Shown one piece after another: positions 25,901 to 34,818 of a DNA stretch of 64,000 bases (its first letter is position 1; each line of letters starts with the position of its first letter). The position numbers and the translations under genes are program-made. The stretch is taken from contig JACVQK010000011.1 in assembly GCA_015661155.1 (NCBI GenBank), positions 2,963 to 66,962 of the forward strand. The letters run 5' to 3'. This DNA comes from Dehalococcoidia bacterium (GTDB lineage: Bacteria; Chloroflexota; Dehalococcoidia; Lucifugimonadales; UBA2985). The notes below the pieces were generated by a model. That model worked only from the letters and a program-made list of their open reading frames with translations. It did not search any database and was not told the origin of the DNA.

Positions 25901-28507
25901 ATGACCACAGCTACAGCCTTCCGATTGCCCACCAACGTCCGGCCCCTGAAATACACCCTCACCCTGGCCCCCAACCTGGAGGACTTCACCTTCCAGGGCG
26001 AGGAGACCATCCTCGTCCAGGTGACACAACCCACCACCCGCATCACGCTCAACGCCACTGAGCTCCAGATATCCCATGTGCTGCTGACCCCGGAGGGCGG
26101 CGCCCCCCTGGCAGCCCACTCCATCGCCCTGGACGAGGCCTCAGAGACCGCCACCTTCACCTTTGACCGCGACATTCCCCCGGGGAGTGCTACCCTTCAC
26201 ATCCGCTTCACCGGGGTGCTCAACGACCAGCTCCGGGGATTCTACCGCAGCCAGTACACCGACCCCGACGGAGGGCAGCGCTCCCTGGCCACCACCCAGC
26301 TCGAAGCCACCGACGCCCGCCGGGCCTTCCCCTGCTGGGATGAGCCCGCCGTCAAGGCGACCTTCCATGTGACCCTGGTGGTGCCCTTGGACCTGACCGC
26401 CATCTCCAACACGCCCGTAATAAGCGAGACCCCCCTGGGTAAGGATAAGAGGGCCGTGCGCTTCGCCGAGACCCCCAGGATGTCCACGTATCTGCTGGCC
26501 TTCATCGTGGGGGACTTCGCCTCCGTGGAGGCCACAGCGCCCGGCGGCACCCTGGTGCGAGTCTGGACAACCCGGGGCAAGGAGGAGCAGGGGCGCTTTG
26601 CCCTGGAGAACGCCGTCCGCCTGCTCTCCTTCTTCAACGACTACTTCGGCATCCCCTACCCCCTGGCGAAGCTGGACCACATCGCCATCCCCGACTTCGC
26701 CGCGGGTGCCATGGAGAACTGGGGGGCCATCACCTACCGGGAGACCGCCCTGCTCTACGACCCGGAGAACTCCTCCGCCAACACCCGGCAGCGGATTCTG
26801 GAGGTGGTAGCCCACGAGATGGCCCACATGTGGTTCGGAGACCTGGTCACCATGGAGTGGTGGGACGACCTGTGGCTCAACGAGAGCTTCGCATCCTGGA
26901 TGGGAGACAAGGCCGTGGACCACCTGTACCCGGAGTGGCACATGTGGACCCAGTTCGTCTTCCAGGACACCAACGCCGGGCTGAGCCTGGACGGGCTTCG
27001 GAACTCCCACCCCATAGAGGTCGAGGTGAAAGACCCCAACCAGATTCGGGAGCTCTTCGACGCCATCAGCTACAGCAAGGGGGGGGCCATCCTCCGGATG
27101 CTGGAGGAGTTCCTGGGGGCGGAGACCTTCCGCCAGGGCCTCCACGCCTATCTCTCCGCCCACCAGTACGCCAACGCCCGAACCGAGGACCTGTGGTCAG
27201 CCCTGGAAGCGGCCTCCGGACAGCCGGTCACCGCGGTCATGAACACATGGGTCAAGCAGACGGGCTACCCGCTTCTTCAGGTGGAGACGCGACGAGAGGC
27301 CACCAGGGTGCACCTGAGCCTCTCTCAGCAGCGGTTCCTCTACGATCACCTCCTGGGGGAGGGTGAGAAAGACGCCACTACGTGGCAGGTGCCCGTCAGC
27401 GTCACAAGAGGGGGGAACTCCGAGAGGGCCGCCCTGCTGATGAGGGGGCACGAGGCAAGCCTGGCTCTGGATGGTAGACCCACCGCCAAGGCTCAGGACT
27501 GGGTGAAGGTAAACCCGGGGCAGACGGGGTTCTACCGGGTGAACTACCCACGGGAGGAGTGGGCCAGGTTGCAAGCCGCCGTGGAGGGGCTTCACCTGGC
27601 GGCCACAGACCGCCTGGGCCTTCAGGGCGACGCCTATGCCCTGATGCGGGCCGGCTTCGCCCCTGCCACCCTCTTCCTTTCCCTGGCCGAGGCTTACAGG
27701 AGCGAGGATGACGCCACGGTGTGGAGCGCCCTGTCCACCAACCTCCGGGGCCTGGAGGGTCTCCTCTTCGATGAACCGTGCCTCCCCCGGTTCCAGGGCT
27801 TTGCCGGAGGGCTGTTCCAAGGGATAGTCCAGCGGGTGGGGTGGGACGCCAGGCCCGGGGAGGGACACCTGGACTCCCTCCTGAGGAGCACCGTCCTGGG
27901 GCAAATGGGGGCCTACGACGACCCCCATATCCTGGCAGAGGCCAAGACCCGATTCGCGCGCTTCCTGAAAGACCCGATCTCCCTGCGTCCCGACCTTCGG
28001 GGCGTGGTGTTCGGCCTGGCGGCCCAAGAGGGAGATAGAGCCACCTACGACACCCTGTGGGACCTGGAGCGGCGAGCGGAGCTTCACGAAGAGCGGCTGC
28101 GCCTCCTGGGGGCGCTGACCCGGTTCCGCCAGGAGGAGCTCCTGAAGGAGACCCTGGAGCGCTCCCTCTCCGCCGAGGTGCGTTCCCAGGATACCGTCAT
28201 GGTGGTGGGCTCCGTGGGCGGCAACAGACACGGGAGAGACCTGGCCTGGGAGTTCGTCAAGGACAACTGGGAGGAGCTGGACCGCCGGTACGGCCGTGGC
28301 GGCTTCGCCATCATGCGGCTGGTGAGCATCGCCGGAGCCTTCACCACCCTGGAGCGTGCCCAGGACGTGGAGGAGTTCTTCCGGGACCACCCGGCTCCGT
28401 CGGCCCAGCGAACCATCCAGCAGACCCTGGAGCGCATACGGTTGAACGTGAGGTGGCTGGAGCGCAACCGGCAGGAGCTGGCGGAGTGGTTTGCCGCCAG
28501 GGGCTGA
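25901..28507 (+). CDS. pepN: M1 family aminopeptidase (aminopeptidase N / tricorn-interacting-factor-like)
   Basis: GAMENWG exopeptidase motif and the zinc site HEMAHMWFGD...WLNESFA, followed by an ERAP1-like C-domain. I prefer the second ATG (25901, 7 nt after AAGGAG) to 25895. Confidence 0.9.
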   Translation: MTTATAFRLPTNVRPLKYTLTLAPNLEDFTFQGEETILVQVTQPTTRITLNATELQISHVLLTPEGGAPLAAHSIALDEASETATFTFDRDIPPGSATLHIRFTGVLNDQLRGFYRSQYTDPDGGQRSLATTQLEATDARRAFPCWDEPAVKATFHVTLVVPLDLTAISNTPVISETPLGKDKRAVRFAETPRMSTYLLAFIVGDFASVEATAPGGTLVRVWTTRGKEEQGRFALENAVRLLSFFNDYFGIPYPLAKLDHIAIPDFAAGAMENWGAITYRETALLYDPENSSANTRQRILEVVAHEMAHMWFGDLVTMEWWDDLWLNESFASWMGDKAVDHLYPEWHMWTQFVFQDTNAGLSLDGLRNSHPIEVEVKDPNQIRELFDAISYSKGGAILRMLEEFLGAETFRQGLHAYLSAHQYANARTEDLWSALEAASGQPVTAVMNTWVKQTGYPLLQVETRREATRVHLSLSQQRFLYDHLLGEGEKDATTWQVPVSVTRGGNSERAALLMRGHEASLALDGRPTAKAQDWVKVNPGQTGFYRVNYPREEWARLQAAVEGLHLAATDRLGLQGDAYALMRAGFAPATLFLSLAEAYRSEDDATVWSALSTNLRGLEGLLFDEPCLPRFQGFAGGLFQGIVQRVGWDARPGEGHLDSLLRSTVLGQMGAYDDPHILAEAKTRFARFLKDPISLRPDLRGVVFGLAAQEGDRATYDTLWDLERRAELHEERLRLLGALTRFRQEELLKETLERSLSAEVRSQDTVMVVGSVGGNRHGRDLAWEFVKDNWEELDRRYGRGGFAIMRLVSIAGAFTTLERAQDVEEFFRDHPAPSAQRTIQQTLERIRLNVRWLERNRQELAEWFAARG

Positions 28508-28543
28508 GTCCGCAGGACAAATAGCGAGGGACTGTTACAGGGA

Positions 28544-28718
28544 TGTCCCCGAAAAAGGACACAAATTGTCATTGCGAGGAGTCCTTCGGCTGAAGGACGA
28601 CGAAGCAATCTGGCGGGGAGAGCGGAGCGCCACCCCAGATTGCCACGGCCCTCCTTCGTCGGGCCTCGCAATGACAGCCCTCCGTGAGTTTCCCTGACGA
28701 ACTTTAGGGACAGGACAC
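28544..28718. repeat. family-B repeat, copy B1, carrying a nested insertion
   Basis: TGTCCCCGAAAAAGGACACAAATTG ... ACAGCCCTCCGTGAGTTTCCCT..TTTAGGGACAGGACAC matches the uninterrupted copy at 56247-56317, except for 105 extra bp at 28569-28673. Confidence 0.8.
28569..28673. mobile_element. 105-bp palindromic element inserted into repeat B1 (MITE-like; related to family E)
   Basis: Bounded by TCATTGCGAGG ... CCTCGCAATG, with inner inverted repeats GCAATCTGG / CCAGATTGC. Copy B2 reads AAATTGACAGCCC uninterrupted, so this is a filled-site versus empty-site pair. Confidence 0.65.
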
Positions 28719-28720
28719 AA

Positions 28721-29155
28721 GTGGAAGTGGTAAAACTGGTGACGGTGCTCGGAATTGGGGCAGTTGAGCTGTGGGCTGCTATCCCTGCTGGCTTTGCCCT
28801 GGGACTTCACCCGGCAGCAACAGGCATCACGGCCGCTATCGGCGCTATGGTCGGTGTGCTTATCGTCATGATACTGGGTAACCCCATACGAACCTGGCTG
28901 GTGAGGAAGCACAGCGCGACGCATAAAGATACGGAACATGGACGCATCTACCGCATCTGGAACCGCTATGGCGTAGTAGGACTAGGGTTGTTGGCCCCCT
29001 TACTTACGGGTGCAGCACTGGGAACTGCGCTTGGTGTCACGCTGGGGACGCGGACTGGACGCCTATTGTTCTGGATGGCTATCGGCATTGTTTTGTGGAG
29101 TGGCGGATTGACGCTGGCTATCGCCCTGGGACTGGGCGGCATTGCAGCATTGTGA
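28721..29155 (+). CDS. small membrane protein, small multidrug export (Sm_multidrug_ex)-like
   Basis: 144 aa with a GTG start and 4 predicted TM segments. ELWAAIPAGFALGL is typical of the COG2426-type family. The family assignment is from memory only. Confidence 0.6.
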   Translation: MEVVKLVTVLGIGAVELWAAIPAGFALGLHPAATGITAAIGAMVGVLIVMILGNPIRTWLVRKHSATHKDTEHGRIYRIWNRYGVVGLGLLAPLLTGAALGTALGVTLGTRTGRLLFWMAIGIVLWSGGLTLAIALGLGGIAAL

Positions 29156-29255
29156 CCTGCTCCAGGATTGGGCGGGCCGAGGTTCCTTGAGGCACGCGAT
29201 ACCTGTCGGTGGGATGCGGCTAGCTGGCTGGGCCGGAGGAGACAGGAACGCAAGC

Positions 29256-32200
29256 CTACTCTCGTCGTCTCCACCGTCGGAGTGCGACCGTGACTCCAAC
29301 GCCCAGGAGAAGCAGAAGGCCGGCAAAGATGGCGAGGTGTACAGGTTGGGGGCCTGAGGGCTGAGATGAGGGTGTGGGCACAGATGAAGTCGCCTCCAAC
29401 GAGGCTGTCGGCGTAGGTTGCAGGGCAGGCTCTTCCGTCCCAGGCGGCGTGGCAACGGGTGCCGGCGCAGGCGTGGAGGTGGGGGTTGGGACAGGAGCCG
29501 TGGGCGGCACGGCGGCCAGGGTCAGGCCAAGGTCGAACTCCCCAGTCCCTCGGACAAAGACGGTGTGATAGGGGAAGAACAGCCAGTGCCCGCGAGGGTA
29601 AGGCAGGTCTCTCCGCTCGCTCCTCTCCTCTCCGGCAGGGAAGTCAAGGAAGGAGGGAGTCTCCACGAGGGACGTGTCCATAAGATTGACTGCGGCGTAG
29701 CCCCCATGGGCGTTCTGCCAGCCGACGGCTTCTTTGGAGTCCACCCGCGTGAGCTTCTCCCACCAGGTTTGCGAGAACATGCTCGACGGGTTAACGGGCA
29801 GGGTGAAGTAGATATACACCTCGCTCAGGTCCCTAGTAGAGTAGTGGGCCAGAATCGTGTTGCCCTCCAGAGTGAAGTTCTTGCGGATTCGTCCATCCGG
29901 GGAGGTAAAGCTCACGCTCTGGTCGCCCAGGGTGACATCAAAGACAGCATAGCGGAAGGCCTCCCCGTCCTCGAAGGCCGTCTCCTCGGTGGGGAAGGGT
30001 ATGGGCGATTCGCCCTCTTCGTAGTTCCGCAAACCGCTGAGTATGAGGTTATAGGTCGGGCCTACCAGCTGCACCGGCCCCACCGACGGGTCGTAGGCGA
30101 AGGCGTACTCCAGGACACCGCCGTCGTTCTCGAAGATGGCGAAGACTTTGTCGTTCCGCAGGACATACTCGTCTTCTCCATCCAGGTCGATGTCCAGGGT
30201 CAAGAGCTCGGTGCTGGGAGACAACGCTCCCCGGGCGACCTCTTCCGCCCACCGTGCACCAGCCACAATCTTGTTAGCCTGCCGGAGGAGGTTGGCCTTA
30301 ACCTTCGCGCCGGGGTGGAGGTACGCCCCGCCAATATTGCCCGCGGGGTCCTCTCCCCCTTTCCACGGAAACTCCGCGTGGAAAGTCCCTTCGGCGACGT
30401 TCAGGAAGTACGCATACCAGGCCAGCCGTGTCAGGTTGCCATCGGGCGCGGCGCGCAGGTTGCCCAGGGTCTCGTAGACAATGGTGCCAGGGGTCTTGTC
30501 GTCTCCCATCTTCATGCCGCTGGGTATCCGCTGTCCATTCCTCAGGTAGGGGACGTAGTCGAAATACCCCTCGATTTCCACCCCCGCCGGGATAAGGGGA
30601 GAGTGGCCGTCCGAGACGCCGCCGTAGTAGAACTGCCAGAAGTAGGTGTTGTAGTGGCCATCCCCTTCGACCGTATACCGTTCCAGTGGCTGGTCTGGGC
30701 CGAGGCCCAGGTCGCCATGGTCTACCGGCGTCCAGTTCTTTCTCAGCAGACCATCCAGGGTCGTGGCCTCGATCCAGGGATGGCTGGCAATCCAGCGGGC
30801 GCTGCGCTCGGCCTCCCCTGGCAAGTACCATGAGGTCAGCGTGAGGTCGGTGCCCATGGTGATGTACTGCTCCTGGTCGGGGTCCAGGGCCATGTCCAGC
30901 AGCACCCGACGCCAGCCGTGATGCAGCCCGCCGTCGGTACCCTCGAAACTGTCATATCGGTTAAGATGCCACCCCGACTCGATGGGCGTCTGATTCCAGC
31001 GAGGGTCCCACATGAACCCCTGGAGGCCCGGAAGGACGAGGACGCCGTTGACCTGGTGGATTTTTCGCGAGGAGACGAACCAGTCCCGAACCTCGTCGGC
31101 GTTGCCCCAGTCGTTGATCCAGCCGAACCAGTACCCGTAGCGGTCGAGGGCGAAAACGGCGGAGTAGCCCGCCTGCTTGATCCCCTCCAGGTCGCCGGCG
31201 GTGAGCATGGCTTCGTAGGGATAGAACACCTGGCCCTGGGGCAGTCCGAACTCTTCCCATGCCTGGCGCGCCATGCCAAAGGCGACGGCGTCCACATCGG
31301 CAGGCTGCCAGGGCATGAAGTAGCCGTAGGTGAGGGTGGGAAGTGGGTCGAACAGGCCGCGCTGGGCCAGGCTTCGCAGGCGGTCGTTTATCCCCAGATA
31401 GTCGTTGGCGGCCAGCACGTCAAGGCGCATGTCGTTGGTCGTCAAGGGCAGCTCGTAGGTCTCGATGGCGTCGAGGAGGTATTTCAGGCCCGTGCGTTCT
31501 TCCGGCCGCTCTGGATGGGGAAAGGCATAGCCATCGTACCAGCTTACGGCGTGGGGGCCGTAGCCGGCGAACATGTTGCCGAACTCCAGGACCAGCTTCC
31601 CCCTGCCCGCGGCGGCCTCCGTGGAGGCGGGCACGGTCTTATCGATGACTGAGGTGGAGCCGCCGTCGGTGACCAGGGCCTGCACGTCGAAGGGTTTGCC
31701 GTCCCAGCCCGATAGAGCCTCGGGAGAGAGAGCGAACTCCACGTAGTCCAACTGAGTGTCAGCGGTCACCCGGGCGAAATATGCCGGATGGTCTGCATAG
31801 TCGGCATCCAAGGCGCTCTGCTGCCCCGCCTCGGAGAGGGACAGCAGCAGGTCCCAGGGGATATCCGCGGCCAGGGTCTGGTCTCCCTTGCGGAGCGCCC
31901 TCTCGCCGCCCGGCTTGTAGTCTACAGCAAGGTACAGGTTTGGCCTGCTTTCATCCTGCATGTCCAGCAGGTCCACCCGAAAGTAGACGAACACACCGGT
32001 CTGCTTGAAGTAGACGGCTACCAGGTCGCGGGCGTCGTTTTCCGAGTCGCCCCAGGGGTCCAGAGCCTTCACATCCTCGTACTTCCAGAACCGCCACTCT
32101 TCGCTCTGGGAAACATTGACAGGAGGGCTAGCAAGGGCAGTGGTGGAGGTTAGAGGGGCGAAACCCCTTGGGGGGAGCGCGCCGGAGAATGCGAGGACGA

Positions 32201-32276
32201 GCGTACCGATGGCAACCCCGAGAAGGATCAAGTGCCATGGGGTCCTGCGTTGTCGGAGTGATGGGCTGGTTGACAT
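29256..32276 (-). CDS. large cell-surface protein with a GH57-like catalytic region and a DUF1926-like beta-sandwich; N-terminal signal anchor and C-terminal PT-linker plus TM anchor
   Basis: 1006 aa. N-terminal TM WHLILLGVAIGTLVLAF. The central region resembles GH57 / polysaccharide-deacetylase-fold barrels (..YGYFMPWQP...GQVFYPYEAM...GYSAVFALD). LDIDLDGEDEYVLRNDKVFAIFENDGGVLEYAF resembles the GH57 C-terminal domain. The tail is a Pro/Thr-rich linker followed by HLAIFAGLLLLLGVGVTVALRRWRRRE. Confidence 0.75.
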   Translation of the reverse strand: MSTSPSLRQRRTPWHLILLGVAIGTLVLAFSGALPPRGFAPLTSTTALASPPVNVSQSEEWRFWKYEDVKALDPWGDSENDARDLVAVYFKQTGVFVYFRVDLLDMQDESRPNLYLAVDYKPGGERALRKGDQTLAADIPWDLLLSLSEAGQQSALDADYADHPAYFARVTADTQLDYVEFALSPEALSGWDGKPFDVQALVTDGGSTSVIDKTVPASTEAAAGRGKLVLEFGNMFAGYGPHAVSWYDGYAFPHPERPEERTGLKYLLDAIETYELPLTTNDMRLDVLAANDYLGINDRLRSLAQRGLFDPLPTLTYGYFMPWQPADVDAVAFGMARQAWEEFGLPQGQVFYPYEAMLTAGDLEGIKQAGYSAVFALDRYGYWFGWINDWGNADEVRDWFVSSRKIHQVNGVLVLPGLQGFMWDPRWNQTPIESGWHLNRYDSFEGTDGGLHHGWRRVLLDMALDPDQEQYITMGTDLTLTSWYLPGEAERSARWIASHPWIEATTLDGLLRKNWTPVDHGDLGLGPDQPLERYTVEGDGHYNTYFWQFYYGGVSDGHSPLIPAGVEIEGYFDYVPYLRNGQRIPSGMKMGDDKTPGTIVYETLGNLRAAPDGNLTRLAWYAYFLNVAEGTFHAEFPWKGGEDPAGNIGGAYLHPGAKVKANLLRQANKIVAGARWAEEVARGALSPSTELLTLDIDLDGEDEYVLRNDKVFAIFENDGGVLEYAFAYDPSVGPVQLVGPTYNLILSGLRNYEEGESPIPFPTEETAFEDGEAFRYAVFDVTLGDQSVSFTSPDGRIRKNFTLEGNTILAHYSTRDLSEVYIYFTLPVNPSSMFSQTWWEKLTRVDSKEAVGWQNAHGGYAAVNLMDTSLVETPSFLDFPAGEERSERRDLPYPRGHWLFFPYHTVFVRGTGEFDLGLTLAAVPPTAPVPTPTSTPAPAPVATPPGTEEPALQPTPTASLEATSSVPTPSSQPSGPQPVHLAIFAGLLLLLGVGVTVALRRWRRRE

Positions 32277-32515
32277 GGAAGACCGAGACTATCCCCTTTT
32301 TGGCGAATTGTACCACATGCGCACCGTGACGAGCCTGCGACGATGGCAGGGCACGACGGCGGGGCCGGGATGTGTCGCATCTCTCTGACCGTTTCCTACG
32401 GACCCGCCTCCCTGACGAAGAGACGCCTTGGTGGAAGCTCACAAGGAATCTGATATACTTACTGGAGCGACATCAAGGCAGCACCCCTGGGGTCGAAATC
32501 CGAAGGATGAGCGCT

Positions 32516-34498
32516 ATGCAGCACCGATACTCCCGCTGGGATGACACCCAGTCCTCTGATGCTCCATCCCCTGAAGAGCTGATGGAGCACATGGCCCAGG
32601 AGATATGGAGAGGCCAGGACCTGAGTAGCCTCCTGCGGCGCATGCTCCAGAGGGGTGCACAGCTCCCCCAGGGCCAGCGCATGATGGGTCTCCAGGAGCT
32701 GCTGAAGCGGCTGCGCGGAGCTAGGGATAGCCACCTCCAACAGCACAACCTGGCCTCGGTCTTCGATGATATCCAGGAGAGGCTTGAGCGCGTCCTGGAA
32801 ACGGAGCGAGCGGGCATCCAGAGCCGCCTGGATGAGATGGACAGGGCCTCCTCTCCCCAGGACATGCCGACCAGCCAGGAGAGCCGGGATGGCGTTGACC
32901 CGTCCATGGAAGACCTCTTCCGTCGCATGGCGCAAAGCCACCTGGAGCAACTGGACCGTCTGCCTCCCGGCGCAGGCGGGCGAATCAAAGAGCTGAGGGA
33001 CTACGATTTCCTCGACCCGGAGGCCCGCCAGCAGTTCGAAGAGCTGCTGAAGACGCTGCAACAGCAGGTGCTCCAGAGCTACTTCCAGAACTTGGAGCAG
33101 GGTATCCAGAACATGACGCCGGAGGCGCTGCGCCAGACCCAGCAGATGGTTCACGACCTGAACCAGCTCTTCCAGCAGCGGCTCCAGGGGCAGAACCCGG
33201 ACATAAGCTCCTTCATGGCCAAGTGGGGCCAGGCCTTCCCCGAGGGCATCGAGACCTTCGATGAGCTGGCAGAGCACCTGGAGCGACAGATGGCCCAGAT
33301 GGAGTCCCTCCTCAACTCCATGCCGACCGAGATGCGCCGCCAGCTGGACGAGATGATGCAGGCGCTTCTACGAGACAATCGGCTCCAGGTGGACCTGATG
33401 CAGCTGGCAGCGAATCTGGAGAAGCTCTTCCCAGACCGCAGGAGACACTCCCCGTTCTCCCTGTCCGGTGACGAGCCCATCACCCTCCAGGAGGCCCTGA
33501 AGCTGATGGGCGACCTGAACAGCCTGGAGACGCTGGAGCGAGAGGTGAGAGAGGCCATGCGCTCCAACGATGCCTCCAGGCTCGACCCAGACGAGGTCGG
33601 CCGCCTTCTGGCGGGCTTCATAAGACGCAAGGGGGATGACTGGGAGCTGACGCCCTTCGCGATCAGGAAAATCGGGGAGCGGGCGCTGAAGGAGATCTTC
33701 AGCAAGCTCGGAAGGCGGAGCGCTGGAGAGCATTCTCTGGAGCAAAGCGGCATGGGCGTTGAGCCCCTGGAAGAGACGAAACGTTACGTGTTTGGTGATC
33801 CTCTGCACCTGGACAGCCTGAAGACCGTGAAGAACGCCGTCCTCCGCGAGGGTCCCGGAACGCCGGTGCACCTCCGTCCTGAGGACTTTGAGGTCAACCG
33901 TACCACCATCTTGACCAAGTGCTCCACGGTCATCGCCCTGGACATGAGCTATTCGATGATTGGGGCGGGCTATTTTCAGATAGGCCAGAGGGTGAGCCTG
34001 GCCCTGGACACGCTGATTCGCACCAGGTATCCCAAGGATAAGGTCTTCGTCACCGCCTTCTCCTATTTCGTGCTGCCCCTCAAGCCCTCGATGCTCCTGG
34101 ACACCCACTGGGTGGAGTACGGAGGCGGCACCAACCTCCAGGAGATGCTCCGCCAGGCCCGTAAGATGCTTGCCGGGGAGGGGGGCACCAAACAGATCAT
34201 CCTGGTGACCGACGCCCAGCCCACCACTCACAACGGTTGGTGGGGCGACGACACCACTTGGCGGGGTCATCGCAGGGGAGCGGGAGTGCTGGAGGAGACG
34301 TTGCAGGAGGTGGCCCGCTGCACCAGGGAGCACATCACCATCAACACGTTCATGATGGGCCGAGACCCGGCCCTGCTGAACTTTGTGCGCCTCATGACCA
34401 AGATGAACCGCGGCCGCGCCTTTCTGGTGACTCCGGAGCGCCTCGGCGAGTACGTGCTGCTGGACTATGTGAAGATGCGGAACAGGGTACTCCACTAA
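32516..34498 (+). CDS. von Willebrand factor type A (vWA) domain protein with a long coiled-coil-like N-region
   Basis: The family-typical N-terminus is MQHRYSRWDDTQ (ATG 32516, 9 nt after GAAGGA; the track ORF starts at 32372). The C-terminal vWA domain has the MIDAS motif DMSYSM and ..GGTN...ILVTDAQPT. Confidence 0.8.
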   Translation: MQHRYSRWDDTQSSDAPSPEELMEHMAQEIWRGQDLSSLLRRMLQRGAQLPQGQRMMGLQELLKRLRGARDSHLQQHNLASVFDDIQERLERVLETERAGIQSRLDEMDRASSPQDMPTSQESRDGVDPSMEDLFRRMAQSHLEQLDRLPPGAGGRIKELRDYDFLDPEARQQFEELLKTLQQQVLQSYFQNLEQGIQNMTPEALRQTQQMVHDLNQLFQQRLQGQNPDISSFMAKWGQAFPEGIETFDELAEHLERQMAQMESLLNSMPTEMRRQLDEMMQALLRDNRLQVDLMQLAANLEKLFPDRRRHSPFSLSGDEPITLQEALKLMGDLNSLETLEREVREAMRSNDASRLDPDEVGRLLAGFIRRKGDDWELTPFAIRKIGERALKEIFSKLGRRSAGEHSLEQSGMGVEPLEETKRYVFGDPLHLDSLKTVKNAVLREGPGTPVHLRPEDFEVNRTTILTKCSTVIALDMSYSMIGAGYFQIGQRVSLALDTLIRTRYPKDKVFVTAFSYFVLPLKPSMLLDTHWVEYGGGTNLQEMLRQARKMLAGEGGTKQIILVTDAQPTTHNGWWGDDTTWRGHRRGAGVLEETLQEVARCTREHITINTFMMGRDPALLNFVRLMTKMNRGRAFLVTPERLGEYVLLDYVKMRNRVLH

Positions 34499-34628
34499 GA
34501 GGGTGCTTCCAGAGGGATGCGCCACATTGCGAACCGTCTGCCCCCTCTCTGACTCTCCCCCGTTGCACGGGGGAGAGAAATCCCTTCCCCCGCTCGCGGG
34601 GGAAGGTTAGAATGGGGGCCTTCCGCGG
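34496..34628 (+). repeat. family-C double-hairpin repeat, copy C2 (long form)
   Basis: Starts on the vWA stop codon (TAAGAGGGTG). It aligns over about 130 bp with the reverse complement of 62297-62430. Confidence 0.85.
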
Positions 34629-34818
34629 CTTGGGGGACACTCTCTAAGATATCCTTGTCCCTTAGATATTCGTCTCCTTAAAGCTGCCCCAAGAACCCTC
34701 GTGGTGCATTCCAAGTCCCGACGTGGTAACATTGGGCGGTTTTGCACAATAGTGGCAACGCCACAGGCGGCCCCTCCGTGGCTGGCTCCAGAGCGTTGCG
34801 AGAAGGAGCTCCGTATAG

